Assembly: GCA_951406725.2 (NCBI GenBank)
Contig: OX597814.1
Span: forward strand, 74,462,001 to 74,526,000
Origin: Octopus vulgaris
Taxonomy: Eukaryota
DNA length: 64,000 nt
Direction: 5' to 3'
Part shown: piece after piece, positions 63,310 to 64,000 of the stretch
How positions within the stretch are numbered: position 1 is the stretch's first letter
Layout: every line of letters starts with the position of its first letter
The notes under the pieces: generated by a model
The model's database searches: none
Seen by the model: only the letters and a program-made list of their open reading frames with translations
Told to the model about the DNA's origin: nothing
Program-made: the position numbers and the translations under genes

Positions 63310-64000
63310 TCATCTCGTTTTTTTGCGCTCTGTAAAATTCGGTAAAAAAGAACAAAAAGCGTTGTTGTTGTTGTGGAAATTCTGAACGGCGTTGACGCGG
63401 TTTCGCGTTTCGCTCGTTCAGCGCGTTACACTTTTTCTGTTTTGGCGGCCGTTTTCGGTCTGTCAGACAGAAGGAGATGGACTATGAGTCTCTAACAGAC
63501 TTGTCCACGACAGATGAGGAACTGGAACAGGCAATTGCAATGAAGCTGATGGAAGAAAAGGCTGGAGTTTTCGAGTCTTTATCAGACTTGTCTACATCTG
63601 AGGAGGAGCTAGAAATAGCAGTGAGGAAAATGGATCAGAAGCTGGGTTATACCTATGCCGGTGTAACCAAGAAGGCGGAAGAGAAAGGGGTCGACATGGC
63701 CAAGTTGCCAAGTTACCATAAATACATGAAAAAGGAAAGCGGTGAGGTGGAACTATCACCGACACCCAGGAGAAAAGAATGGTATGATAAGAGGACCATT
63801 ATTTACAGGGTGTTCGCAAACGAAAGGAAGAGGGTAGAAGTTGTAACCATGGAATGGATAGAGGAAGCCCTGCGAAGAACTGAGGAGGAAATAAATTTTC
63901 TGACTCGAGGACCTAAGTACGGGACCGTAGTTGTGCATTTCAAAACTGAGTCTGCAGCGAGGAAGATGGCGGCGAAGGCGGTGAAGTCAGAAAAGGTAAC
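63310..64000 (+). mobile_element. ORF1-only unit B2 (runs off window)
   Basis: Near-identical to 61373-62060. Confidence 0.8.
63477..64000 (+). CDS. ORF1-like protein of unit B2 (partial, open to window end)
   Basis: MDYESLTDLSTTDEELEQ..., no stop seen. Confidence 0.8.
   Translation, partial: MDYESLTDLSTTDEELEQAIAMKLMEEKAGVFESLSDLSTSEEELEIAVRKMDQKLGYTYAGVTKKAEEKGVDMAKLPSYHKYMKKESGEVELSPTPRRKEWYDKRTIIYRVFANERKRVEVVTMEWIEEALRRTEEEINFLTRGPKYGTVVVHFKTESAARKMAAKAVKSEKV

Overview
AT-rich, microsatellite-dense animal genomic DNA made almost entirely of transposable elements; the repeat landscape suggests a cephalopod such as Octopus, but that is an inference. No host exon could be supported. Recognisable elements are a decayed Gypsy LTR element (3' LTR, PPT, integrase, RNase H), a full-length decayed Tc1, mariner/maT/Tigger relics, a near-complete CR1-group LINE, an RTE fragment, several Penelope-like (PLE) fragments, non-autonomous Helitrons and tRNA-derived SINEs. 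Most notable: (1) a head-to-tail array at 59.6-64 kb of ~1.8-kb ORF1-only units (RRM-like region plus CCHC knuckle, no RT) that share their 3' tail with a SINE family; (2) a tRNA-headed SINE carrying a Penelope-type minimal hammerhead ribozyme, plus further hammerhead motifs; (3) a 3.7-kb palindrome of two head-to-head composite Helitrons nested in a SINE microsatellite; (4) a Helitron carrying a fragment of the ORF1-only gene family. All coordinates were read by eye and may be off by a few bases.
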